Source: Clostridiales bacterium
GTDB lineage: Bacteria; Bacillota; Clostridia; Christensenellales; Borkfalkiaceae
DNA: 64,000 bases
Assembly: GCA_015055525.1 (NCBI GenBank)
Contig: SVHZ01000004.1
Span: forward strand, 187 to 64,186
Reading direction: 5' to 3'
Both the position numbers and the translations under genes were made by a program. Positions 28,999-37,314 of the stretch are shown in pieces (the first letter of the stretch is position 1; the number at the start of each line of letters is the position of its first letter). The notes under the pieces were generated by a model. That model made no database searches, was not told where the DNA came from, and saw only the letters and a program-made list of their open reading frames with translations.

Positions 28999-30381
28999 TT
29001 ACTTTTTGTCTATAGAATATCCATCCTTAGTATTTTTTACGATATACCCAAGTTCGCCTATTTCCGCTCTTAACGCATCGGCAACAGGCCAGTTCTTTTC
29101 TGCTCTTGCCTTTTGCATTTGCTCGGCTTTTTCGATTATTTCAGCGGGAATATCTTGTTCCTTTTTCTCTTCGATTTTATCAAGGCTTAAACCAAACACT
29201 CTATCAAAATCAAGCGCTAAATCGTAAATATCTTTTGATGCAGGCTCTTTAAGCATAGTAAAGAGAACGCCGAGAGCAGACGGAACGTTGAGATCGTCCG
29301 CCACGTCTTCAGAAAATTCTTTTTTGTACTTGTTAAGCACTTCTTCGCTCGTTTTTGCGGGCGAATTTTTGTGTTTTAATAATGATGCGCAAAGGCGTTC
29401 GTAAGAAACTTTAGCCCCGTCCATACCCTCAAACGTAAAGTTGAGTTTTTTGCGGTAGTGAGCGTTTAAGCAGAAGAATCTAAATATCATCGGCGAATAG
29501 CCTTTTTCGATAAGTTGATCGATAGTATAGGTGTTTCCAAGAGATTTACTCATTTTACCACCGTCAACTTGCATAAAGTCACCGTGAATCCAGAATTTTG
29601 CAGGGTTTTTACCCGTTAAGCCTTCACTTTGAGCAATTTCGTTTTCGTGGTGAATGGGGATATGGTCAACACCGCCCGTGTGAATATCGAACACGTCGCC
29701 AAGGTGGATTCTTGACATCGTTGAACACTCGATATGCCAACCGGGATAACCTTGCCCCCAAGGGCTAGGCCATTGCATAATGTGTTCTTTGGGCGCTTTC
29801 TTCCAAATAGCAAAGTCGTAAGGATTGCGCTTGCCGTCGTTAACTTCAATGCGAGCGCCTGCTTTAAGGTCTTCAAGCGTGTTTCCAGATAATTGACCGT
29901 AATCTTTGAACTTTGAAATGTCATAATAGATGCCGTCGTCAGTTTCATAGCCGTAGCCGTTTTCAACTAAACCTTCAACGTACTCTATCATTTCGTTTAT
30001 ATAATCAGTTGCCTTGCACACGATTTCGGGAACGCCGATATTAAGCCTACCAAAGTCTTTCATAAAAATATCGGTGTAATATTTAGCAATTTGCCAAGGG
30101 TCTTTTTTCTGCTCGCGAGCAGTTTTTGCCATTTTGTCTTCACCGTTATCGCCGTCGTCGGTAAGGTGGCCAACGTCGGTTATATTCATAACGCCTTTTA
30201 CGTTAAAACCTTCGTAGCGAAGAACTCTTCTTAATAAATCCATAAAAACGTAAGTACGCAAATTGCCTATGTGCGCGTAATTATATACGGTAGGACCGCA
30301 AGAATACATTCTAACGGTATCCGTTCCATCTAAAGTAGTAAAATCTTCTTTCTTTCTTGTTAAAGTGTTATAAAGTTTCAT
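28999..30381 (-). CDS. cysS: Cysteine--tRNA ligase
   Basis: 460 aa with the HIGH-type motif YAHIGNLRTY and KMSKS. Confidence 0.95.
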   Translation of the reverse strand: MKLYNTLTRKKEDFTTLDGTDTVRMYSCGPTVYNYAHIGNLRTYVFMDLLRRVLRYEGFNVKGVMNITDVGHLTDDGDNGEDKMAKTAREQKKDPWQIAKYYTDIFMKDFGRLNIGVPEIVCKATDYINEMIEYVEGLVENGYGYETDDGIYYDISKFKDYGQLSGNTLEDLKAGARIEVNDGKRNPYDFAIWKKAPKEHIMQWPSPWGQGYPGWHIECSTMSRIHLGDVFDIHTGGVDHIPIHHENEIAQSEGLTGKNPAKFWIHGDFMQVDGGKMSKSLGNTYTIDQLIEKGYSPMIFRFFCLNAHYRKKLNFTFEGMDGAKVSYERLCASLLKHKNSPAKTSEEVLNKYKKEFSEDVADDLNVPSALGVLFTMLKEPASKDIYDLALDFDRVFGLSLDKIEEKKEQDIPAEIIEKAEQMQKARAEKNWPVADALRAEIGELGYIVKNTKDGYSIDKK

Positions 30382-31006
30382 TTTTTTCTATCCTTTCTTC
30401 AAGTTCTTGAATTTTTTGTTTTAATAAGTTGATTTCATCTAAAACGGGGTCGCGCTTATCTTGTTCTAAATCTTGCTCTACTCTAACTCCGTTCATCTTG
30501 ATAACTTTTCCAGGAATACCAACTACGGTTGAATAGGGCGGAACGTCTTGAAGTACCACGCTACTTGCGCCGATTTTACAGTATTCCCCAACGGTAATAC
30601 CGCCAAGCACTTTCGCGCCTGCCGAAATTACCGAACCCTTTTTGACGGTTGGGTGACGTTTTTTACCTTTATCCTTACCCGTACCGCCGAGCGTTACGCC
30701 TTGATAAATTACAACGCCTTCTTCAACTACCGCCGTTTCGCCTATAACCACCCCTTCGCCGTGGTCGATAAATACGCCGGGGGCAATAGTTGCCGCGGGG
30801 TGAATTTCAATTCCCGTTTTACGCTTTGCAGATTGAGAAATAACTCGCGCTAAAAACTTAAACCCGTGGCGGTAAAAAAAGTTTGCCCTACGGTACATTA
30901 TAAGCGCTTTTATCCCCGAATATGTAAAACGAACTTCAAAACGAGTTCTAGCCGCGGGGTCGTTTTTCATAGCGGCATCAATATCTAATTTCAATTTTTT
31001 GTTCAT
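30368..31006 (-). CDS. cysE: Serine O-acetyltransferase
   Basis: 212 aa with left-handed beta-helix hexapeptide repeats (IHPAATIAPGVFIDHGEGVVIGETAVV). It overlaps cysS by 14 nt. Confidence 0.9.
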   Translation of the reverse strand: MNKKLKLDIDAAMKNDPAARTRFEVRFTYSGIKALIMYRRANFFYRHGFKFLARVISQSAKRKTGIEIHPAATIAPGVFIDHGEGVVIGETAVVEEGVVIYQGVTLGGTGKDKGKKRHPTVKKGSVISAGAKVLGGITVGEYCKIGASSVVLQDVPPYSTVVGIPGKVIKMNGVRVEQDLEQDKRDPVLDEINLLKQKIQELEERIEKNETL

Positions 31007-31082
31007 TTTATCCTTGATTATTAAAAAAGTTTATTTAATGCTTGAGCAAGCTAGGCTTACTCAAAGTTGAGTTGAAAGATGT

Positions 31083-31207
31083 TTTAAGACGTTAGTTGCA
31101 AGCATATCAAGGCTCACTTTGGCGATAGGCTGAGATAGACCTTTTTGGTCATCGAAGTCTATCGGCTAAGTAGAAACGATGATAGGCGATGTAAATAACG
31201 GATTAAA
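31083..31207. repeat. Dispersed ~125-nt hairpin element, copy c (type 1)
   Basis: Runs from tttaagacgttag to aataacggattaaa, with the central hairpin gatagacc-ttttt-ggtcatc and an internal stem ggcgatag/ctatcggc. It sits between the T-box terminator and cysE. Confidence 0.75.
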
Positions 31208-31436
31208 AAAGCGTTCTTATGCTTTAACATAAGGACGCTTTTTAGTAACGTGGTTCCACCTTAATTGGTTCTCATTAAGCGTATAACGGCGCGACCCGTG
31301 GATAATTAGTCCCCCTTAACAGCAAAACGCACTTTCGCTCTTTTTCGGCGTGGGCTTTCACCTTACCCCACTCTCTTTAGCCTTAAAATAAGTTACTCTT
31401 TCTTGCAACGGTTTAATTATTTGTAATTTTATTTTA
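31205..31436 (-). promoter_or_regulatory. T-box leader (Cys specifier) with intrinsic terminator, preceding cysE-cysS
   Basis: The minus strand shows an AGAGAG stem-I element, a gaaagTGCg candidate specifier loop, the T-box sequence aattaaGGTGGAACCACGtta, and the terminator aaagcgtccttatg-ttaaag-cataagaacgcttttttaat. A TTGCGT-17-TAAAAT promoter lies at 31431-31459. Confidence 0.8.
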
Positions 31437-31556
31437 ACATACCGCTTAAAAAAACGCAATTATTTTAACGCATTTATTTTTTTGTGTGTTAATTCCGCTT
31501 GCAAAAAATCGTTTGGTGGTATATACTAATTAAAACAAAAGTTTTATAGGTGAGAT

Positions 31557-32840
31557 ATGATAGACATTAAACTTATTATTGAAAAACCCGAAGTCGTAAA
31601 GGCTTCGCTCAAAAAAAAGGGATATGACGTTGACTTTTCTGAAGTTATCGCGCTCGATGAAAAAAGGCGTTCTCTCTTAAAAGAAATTGAAGGTTTGAAA
31701 GCGGAAAGAAACAGAGTTTCTGCGGAAATTCCCAAACTTAAAAAGCAAGGTCTTCCCGTTGAAAACATCTTTGCTGAAATGCGCGCTATCGGCGATAAAA
31801 TTACTGCCGGCGATGCTGAAATTAACGAAGTTTCAGAAAAGATTTTCAACTTTATCGCTTGCCTTCCCAATATGCCGGACGATGATTTAGTTGCAGGCGA
31901 AAAAGAAGCAAACGAAGTTGTTAAGGTTTACGGCAAACTTCCCGAATTTAACTTCCCCGTTCAAAACCACGTTGACCTTTGCGTAAAAAACGGCCTTATC
32001 GATTATGAAAGAGGCGTTAAACTTGCAGGTAACGGTTTCTGGGCGTACCGTGGTGACGGCGCTAGGCTTGAATGGGCGCTCCTTAACTTCTTTATTTCTG
32101 AACACTTAAACGACGGTTACGAATTTATTTTGCCACCGCATCAACTTTCTTATAACTGTGGTTTTGGTGCAGGTCAATTCCCCAAGTTCTCTGACGAAGT
32201 TTACTGGCTTGACGTTGACGAGGACAGAAAGAAGAATAGATTTATGCTCCCAACTGCTGAAACTGCTCTCGTTAACCTTTACGCAGGCGAAATCGTTGAC
32301 GAATCAAAACTTCCTTTTAAGTTCTTTGCATACACTCCTTGTTATCGTAAAGAGGCAGGCTCGGCTCGTTCTGAAGAACGCGGTATGATAAGAGGTCACC
32401 AATTTAACAAAGTTGAAATGGTGCAATACACTACTCCCGAAGGGTCTGACAAGGCTTTTGAAGAACTCGTTAACAAGGCTTGTTCGCTTATGGATAAATT
32501 AGGTCTTCACTTTAGGCTTTCTAAACTTGCCGCGGGCGATTGTTCTGCATCAATGGCAAGAACTTACGACGTTGAAGTTTGGATTCCATCAATGGGAATA
32601 TTTAAGGAAGTATCTTCTGTTTCTAACGCAAGAGATTATCAAGCGAGAAGAAACAACACTAGATATAGAAATAAAGAAACGGGTAAACCTTGTTTCGTTC
32701 ACACTCTTAACGGTTCGGGCTTAGCAACTTCAAGAGTGTTCCCCGCTCTTATTGAACAATATCAAAATGCAGACGGATCAATCACCGTTCCCGAAGTATT
32801 AAGACCGTTCATGGGTGGACAAGAAGTAATTAAACTTTAA
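31557..32840 (+). CDS. serS: Serine--tRNA ligase
   Basis: 427 aa with an N-terminal coiled-coil arm and class II motifs (FRKEAGS-like CYRKEAGSA, GSGLATSRV). A TTGCAA-17-TATACT promoter lies upstream at 31497-31525. Confidence 0.95.
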   Translation: MIDIKLIIEKPEVVKASLKKKGYDVDFSEVIALDEKRRSLLKEIEGLKAERNRVSAEIPKLKKQGLPVENIFAEMRAIGDKITAGDAEINEVSEKIFNFIACLPNMPDDDLVAGEKEANEVVKVYGKLPEFNFPVQNHVDLCVKNGLIDYERGVKLAGNGFWAYRGDGARLEWALLNFFISEHLNDGYEFILPPHQLSYNCGFGAGQFPKFSDEVYWLDVDEDRKKNRFMLPTAETALVNLYAGEIVDESKLPFKFFAYTPCYRKEAGSARSEERGMIRGHQFNKVEMVQYTTPEGSDKAFEELVNKACSLMDKLGLHFRLSKLAAGDCSASMARTYDVEVWIPSMGIFKEVSSVSNARDYQARRNNTRYRNKETGKPCFVHTLNGSGLATSRVFPALIEQYQNADGSITVPEVLRPFMGGQEVIKL

Positions 32841-32847
32841 TTTAATA

Positions 32848-32889
32848 AATTAAAACCCCCGACGATCCCGTCGGGGGTTAGTTTTTAGT
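32848..32889. repeat. 42-bp direct repeat copy 1 (bidirectional terminator hairpin)
   Basis: aattaaaacccccgacgatcccgtcgggggttagtttttagt. It is identical to 33801-33842 except for one loop base. Confidence 0.95.
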
Positions 32890-33220
32890 AAACGTTTTCT
32901 AAATAAACACAAAGTTTAGGTATATCGTTTTGTAAAGTGTCGAGTATAACGTTTAAGTCCGTATGTCCGTAATCGTGAACTATTCTATTCCTTAAACCAC
33001 TTATTGAACTCCAAGCAATTTCTGTGTTTTTATTTTTGAAACTCTCAGTTAACTTGTTCGAATTTTCCGCAATTTGAATAAAGCGAAAAAATATTGAATC
33101 AAGCACGGTTTCATCACTTAAAATTTGTTCTTTAGTGTATTTTTTAGATAAACCCATCAAATATCTTACGTCCACAAGTATTTTATCAACGTAATATCTA
33201 TCATTTTTTATATTATCCAT
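32885..33220 (-). CDS. hepT: HepT-like (DUF86) toxin of a type VII TA system
   Basis: 111 aa with the RX4HXY motif in GLRNRIVHDYGH. It overlaps the mntA-like gene by 8 nt. Confidence 0.8.
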   Translation of the reverse strand: MDNIKNDRYYVDKILVDVRYLMGLSKKYTKEQILSDETVLDSIFFRFIQIAENSNKLTESFKNKNTEIAWSSISGLRNRIVHDYGHTDLNVILDTLQNDIPKLCVYLENVY

Positions 33221-33683
33221 AGATTTTTACTCCACTTGAAAATATTTCATTTGTTAATTCAAAATTGTTTTTAATTTGCTCTTGATTTAGCAAATCAACT
33301 TTCTTTTTAAGTTCAATGCGCAAATCTTCAACAAGCCCAAAAAATCTTAAACCCGTTTCTTTAGTGGACACAAATAAATCAACGTCACTCGTAGGCGTTG
33401 CCTTGCCTTTTGCGTACGAACCAAACAAATAACAATAGTCTACTTTATAATTTGAAAATACGCGCACGCAAGCCTCCTTAATTAATTCAACGGTTAAAAT
33501 CCCCGTTTCTTCATCAATAAATCCATACTCGCTAAGCACTTGACACATTGCTTTATATTTAATATTTGATTGCTTATTTTCATCATTTTCATACTTTGCA
33601 TAAGTCCTACGAGTTACGCCTATTATAACCGACGCCTCTTCTTGAGACAGCCCTTTTTGTTTTCTAATATCTTTAAGTTTCAT
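33213..33683 (-). CDS. mntA: XRE-HTH fused to an MntA-type nucleotidyltransferase antitoxin
   Basis: 156 aa with an N-terminal HTH (LSQEEASVIIGVTRRTYAKYE) and the NTase motif GSYAKGKATPTSDVDLFV. Confidence 0.8.
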   Translation of the reverse strand: MKLKDIRKQKGLSQEEASVIIGVTRRTYAKYENDENKQSNIKYKAMCQVLSEYGFIDEETGILTVELIKEACVRVFSNYKVDYCYLFGSYAKGKATPTSDVDLFVSTKETGLRFFGLVEDLRIELKKKVDLLNQEQIKNNFELTNEIFSSGVKIYG

Positions 33684-33700
33684 AATATCACCTTGAAAAC

Positions 33701-33790
33701 ATTATATACGTTTTCCCATTTTTTGTCAATGCAATTGGGAAATATTTTCCCATTTATAAAAATTTATTTGGGAAATTTCTTCCCTTTTTA
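33701..33790 (-). promoter_or_regulatory. Consensus sigma-70 promoter of the TA cassette with GGGAAA operator-like repeats
   Basis: The minus strand reads TTGACA-17-TATAAT (plus 33724-33729 and 33701-33706). An inverted repeat gggaaatattttccc lies at 33737-33751, and further tgggaaa copies flank and overlap the promoter. Confidence 0.65.
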
Positions 33791-33800
33791 TACTTTTCCA

Positions 33801-33842
33801 AATTAAAACCCCCGACGATTCCGTCGGGGGTTAGTTTTTAGT
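33801..33842. repeat. 42-bp direct repeat copy 2 (terminator of the downstream lipoprotein gene)
   Basis: aattaaaacccccgacgattccgtcgggggttagtttttagt. Confidence 0.95.
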
Positions 33843-35810
33843 TTAGTTAAAAAATTCGTTCTTTTTGCCTAATTGTTGTTTAAGTTCAGCATAAGTAACT
33901 TTTTCTTTAACAACTTTTAACGTTTCAACAAAGTTTGAAATATTTGCACTTGCAACACTTAAACTAGACGTTGGTAAAGAAGGCGTAGTTGCAAAAGTAT
34001 TTTTATTCATTTCGGTAACTTCACTTGCAAAACTTGAAGAACTATTCGATTGTACAAACAACATAGGAATTTCAGTTTCAACAACCTTATATTCTGCGTT
34101 TTCTCCGCTACCCGTCTTTACAACGTAATAAACGGTTTTCATTTCAATATCAAATCTTCTTGACGTTTTAATTGTAAGTTTCGTGTTATATTTAGGCTCG
34201 AATTTATTACTTGAATTATTAACGTATACGTCGTGATGGTTTTTACTTGGAAGAGTTTCACTATTCTTTATTAGTTTTACACTATTAATTCCCGAAACGT
34301 CGCTAAGTTTTACCCAATAAGTATCGTATTCAACAAGTTTGTTGGTTTCTATAACTTCCGCTGAAAGATATTCGCCAGTTTTTGCAGAATACACTTCTTC
34401 GTAACCTTCAATAAGCAAGTCATCGCTTTCTCTTTTTGCACTTGCAACGATTGCGTAGTTTTCGTTAAAAGATATAATGGCACTCGTTTTTAATGCAACT
34501 GATTCCGCTCCCGTATATTCGTAAAAATATCCCGTTACGTTATCATCATCTCTTACAAACTCAACTTGTTTCATCGCCAAAACGCCTTTTACTGTAAGCG
34601 CTACGTTAAATTTAAGATAATCGTCACGCATTTCGTAATTCAAAATAGAGTTTTCCGAAATTTGAATTCTACCTTTATTAACGTTATTTTCAGAATCAGC
34701 ATAAAGTTCCAAGGCAAACGCGCTATTACCTACAAGCATTGTACTTTGCTTATTGTTAACCACAATTTTTATATTAAAACCAGCCACCGAACCCGTCCAC
34801 TCGTTATAGTTATCTGGGTTATCGTTCATAAAATTTTGATAAGTTGCCGCTATCGTTTCACCAACGGCAAAAACGGCGTCGAACTTTCCTAAAAGCGAGT
34901 CCATCTCTTTAACGCCTTCCCATAAAACGTACATTTGCTTGCCAATGAATTTATCATTGATTGATGACACGCTTACGTTCTTTGAAAAATCTAAAATCGG
35001 ACTATTTGAACAAGCAAGGCTTTCTGTTGCAAATGCATCTGGTAAGAAAGACCAAGGATCAGGTCTTTGCATTATTGTATCAATAACTGCTTTTGCATTA
35101 CCAACAACTTGTGAAACGCTTGTTATAGTTAACGTTGCAGATAAAGTTTTATCAATATAGTTGGGGTTTTTTAAGGTTGCAGTTGCATTATATACACCAG
35201 CAACACTTGCCTTGTTGTTTGTGTAAACAATTTGAGTGTTTTCTGGAAGGGTCCCTTCGACCGTTATAGATTTTTCAGTTCCCGTAGAAACAAAGGTTTT
35301 ACTTTCAAACTTAATGTTTGATGGGAAATTTATCTTTTTAATAGTTAATTTTGCAGAATCAACGTAAGTATTATAACCTTCCGCGCTTATGCTTACTGAA
35401 ATATTGTATTCGCCCGCATTTATAAACGGACCACCGTTTGTATAAGTTATCGTTGCTTGAGCGGGCGCTCCCGTTACGAAAATAGTATGTTCGTTGCCGT
35501 CATAATCAATCGTTAAATCATTAAACGTTATATTTGTAAACGATTCTTTCGAAGGGTTGCTCGGCTGTTCTGGGTTACTCGGTTGTTCTGGGTTACTCGG
35601 TTGTTCTGGGTTGCTTGGTTGTTCCGGATTGCTCGGTTGTTCCGGATTGCTCGGCTGTTCTGGGTTACTCGGTTGTTCTGGGTTGCTCGGTTGTTCTGAA
35701 CCCGCAGGCGGAGCGGTTTGAGAATTGTCGCTAGAGCCACCGCAAGCAATCAATCCACAAAAAGCAAAAACCGTAAGTAATAGCACTAATAATTTTTTGA
35801 TTGTTTTCAT
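33843..35810 (-). CDS. Surface lipoprotein with (EQPSNP)x8 linker and MBG-like beta-rich domains; function unknown
   Basis: 655 aa with a signal peptide and lipobox (FCGLIAC), eight perfect EQPSNP repeats, and segments such as YDGNEHTIFVTG...NAGEYNISVS...AKLTIKK that resemble MBG-type domains. Confidence 0.75.
   Translation of the reverse strand: MKTIKKLLVLLLTVFAFCGLIACGGSSDNSQTAPPAGSEQPSNPEQPSNPEQPSNPEQPSNPEQPSNPEQPSNPEQPSNPEQPSNPSKESFTNITFNDLTIDYDGNEHTIFVTGAPAQATITYTNGGPFINAGEYNISVSISAEGYNTYVDSAKLTIKKINFPSNIKFESKTFVSTGTEKSITVEGTLPENTQIVYTNNKASVAGVYNATATLKNPNYIDKTLSATLTITSVSQVVGNAKAVIDTIMQRPDPWSFLPDAFATESLACSNSPILDFSKNVSVSSINDKFIGKQMYVLWEGVKEMDSLLGKFDAVFAVGETIAATYQNFMNDNPDNYNEWTGSVAGFNIKIVVNNKQSTMLVGNSAFALELYADSENNVNKGRIQISENSILNYEMRDDYLKFNVALTVKGVLAMKQVEFVRDDDNVTGYFYEYTGAESVALKTSAIISFNENYAIVASAKRESDDLLIEGYEEVYSAKTGEYLSAEVIETNKLVEYDTYWVKLSDVSGINSVKLIKNSETLPSKNHHDVYVNNSSNKFEPKYNTKLTIKTSRRFDIEMKTVYYVVKTGSGENAEYKVVETEIPMLFVQSNSSSSFASEVTEMNKNTFATTPSLPTSSLSVASANISNFVETLKVVKEKVTYAELKQQLGKKNEFFN
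35553..35696 (-). repeat. Coding 18-bp tandem repeat x8 (EQPSNP)
   Basis: Units of ggttgttctgggttactc and variants. Another frame on the same strand gives the spurious ORF 35528..35749. Confidence 0.95.
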
Positions 35811-35837
35811 TGTTGTTTTCTCCTTTTTCCTACAAAT

Positions 35838-35867
35838 TAAAAAGTGCGCCGACTAAAGTCAACGCAC
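35838..35867 (-). terminator. Terminator-like hairpin inside the lipoprotein leader (possible attenuator)
   Basis: The minus strand reads gtgcgttgac-ttta-gtcggcgcac (10 bp, two G-U pairs) followed by ttttt. It ends about 28 nt before the ATG at 35810. Confidence 0.5.
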
Positions 35868-36054
35868 AAAAACGCAAACTCCAATCGTCGCTAAACAAAC
35901 TTACGGAAAAATTTGAAATATCAAACAACCATAAACAGCAGAATTTGCATTTTATCAAATTAATACCTGTTTACAGTATTAGCAAAAAAAGAGTATATAG
36001 TCCCATTAACTTAAAATACTCAAATTTTTCCTATTAAGTTTGTTTAGCAGTATA

Positions 36055-36083
36055 ATTATAACACAATGAAACCTTTAATGCAA
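36055..36083 (-). promoter_or_regulatory. Sigma-70 promoter (TTGCAT-17-TATAAT) giving a ~240-nt leader for the lipoprotein gene
   Basis: The minus strand reads ttgcat taaaggtttcattgtgt tataat. Confidence 0.55.
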
Positions 36084-36089
36084 CAAAAT

Positions 36090-36127
36090 AAAAAAGCGAG
36101 TTTGTTTTTACTAAACTCGCTTTTTTG
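36090..36127 (-). terminator. Terminator of rex
   Basis: Stem agcgagttt/aaactcgct flanked by an A-run and a T-run, directly after the rex stop. Confidence 0.7.
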
Positions 36128-36128
36128 A

Positions 36129-36752
36129 TTATAAACTTTTAGTCTTATAAATAAGGCGCATTAAACTCTCGCTCATATTTATATTTTCGCAAACCACGCC
36201 TCCTCCAAAATAAAGGTCGGTGGGAGCAAAGTTCCAAATAGATTTTACGCCCGCATCAACAACGCGTTTTGCCATTTGCTCGGCGTACTCTTTTTGAACG
36301 GAAATTATCGCTATATCAACGTGGTTTTTAGATAGATAATCTTCAAGTTCACTAGCATTGTAAACTTCAACGCCTAAAACACCTGATAAATGTTCCGTTT
36401 CTACGTCGAACACCGCTTTGACGAAAACGTTTTCGTCGGCAAAGCCTTTGTAACTTATAAGGGCTTGCCCTATTCTACCACCACCGATAACGATTGCGTT
36501 GTGGCGCTTGTTTATCCCCAAAATTTCTTGCATAGAGTTTTTTAGAAACTCAACGTCGTAACCAACGCCCGTTTGACCAAATCCGCCAAAGTGAGAAAGG
36601 TCTTGGCGTACTTGCGACGCGGTTATGTTGAGCGCGTTAGAAATAGTTTTTGAAGAAACCCTATCAATTTGACTATTGCACAAATCTTTTAAGTAACGAT
36701 AATATTTAGGAAGTCTTTCAATGACTCTATCAGATATTTTGTTATTGTCCAT
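36129..36752 (-). CDS. rex: Redox-sensing transcriptional repressor Rex
   Basis: 207 aa with the winged-helix N-terminus (IERLPKYYRYLKDL, ISNALNITASQVRQDLSHFGGFG) and a Rossmann NADH domain (IVIGGGRIGQAL). Confidence 0.9.
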   Translation of the reverse strand: MDNNKISDRVIERLPKYYRYLKDLCNSQIDRVSSKTISNALNITASQVRQDLSHFGGFGQTGVGYDVEFLKNSMQEILGINKRHNAIVIGGGRIGQALISYKGFADENVFVKAVFDVETEHLSGVLGVEVYNASELEDYLSKNHVDIAIISVQKEYAEQMAKRVVDAGVKSIWNFAPTDLYFGGGVVCENINMSESLMRLIYKTKSL

Positions 36753-36797
36753 TTCGATTTCCTTGCCTTTCCTTATAAAAAATGATAAAATAATTAT

Positions 36798-37058
36798 ATG
36801 GTAAAAATTTCAGCAAAACTTATAAAAAATCATAGAACGATAAAAAGCATAACTTACAAAAACGTTTGCGAATATTATAGTTCTGACTTTTATTTTCATT
36901 TAAGCGAAACTTGTAGAAAACTCGATATTGCAACCCCCGTAGTTATCAACTACCATAGGGAGAGTTACGAAAAATTTAACTTTATCAAGTTCAAGCCCGG
37001 TGACTTTATTGATAGCGTTAATTTTGACGAGTTGTTAATTGAGAATATAGACGTATAA
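36798..37058 (+). CDS. Hypothetical protein
   Basis: 86-aa ORF in a non-overlapping slot divergent from rex. No recognisable motif and no clear SD. Confidence 0.35.
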   Translation: MVKISAKLIKNHRTIKSITYKNVCEYYSSDFYFHLSETCRKLDIATPVVINYHRESYEKFNFIKFKPGDFIDSVNFDELLIENIDV

Positions 37059-37097
37059 TTTTTTTAATACTCCCCATATTAGATTTAGGGGGTATTT

Positions 37098-37307
37098 ATG
37101 AAAATTACAAGTATTATTTCTTTTGTACTCGTGATAATCGGCGCACTCGTTTGGCTTACGGTTGGCTTGTTTGGATTCAATCCCGTGTCAGCCCTTCTCG
37201 GCGCAGGCGTTATTCCTAGAATAATCTACGTTTTAGTAGGTCTTGCAGGTCTTTGGGTGCTGTTTTTCACACTTATGTACAAACCTTTTACAAAAGTTAA
37301 AAATTAA
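37098..37307 (+). CDS. DUF378-family small membrane protein
   Basis: 69 aa with two TM helices (IIGALVWLTVGLFGFNPVSALLG). The SD gggggt lies upstream. Confidence 0.7.
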   Translation: MKITSIISFVLVIIGALVWLTVGLFGFNPVSALLGAGVIPRIIYVLVGLAGLWVLFFTLMYKPFTKVKN

Positions 37308-37314
37308 GGTCGTT

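Noticed and set aside
31544-31870. 108-aa minus-strand ORF overlapping the serS start
   Set aside because: It is antisense to the conserved serS N-terminal coiled-coil region, and its Ser/Phe/Ile-rich composition indicates a shadow frame.
35528-35749. 73-aa ORF with a repetitive NNRVTQ pattern
   Set aside because: This is an alternate frame of the EQPSNP 18-bp coding repeat inside the well-supported lipoprotein gene. It is also not a CRISPR array: there are no spacers and the units are contiguous.
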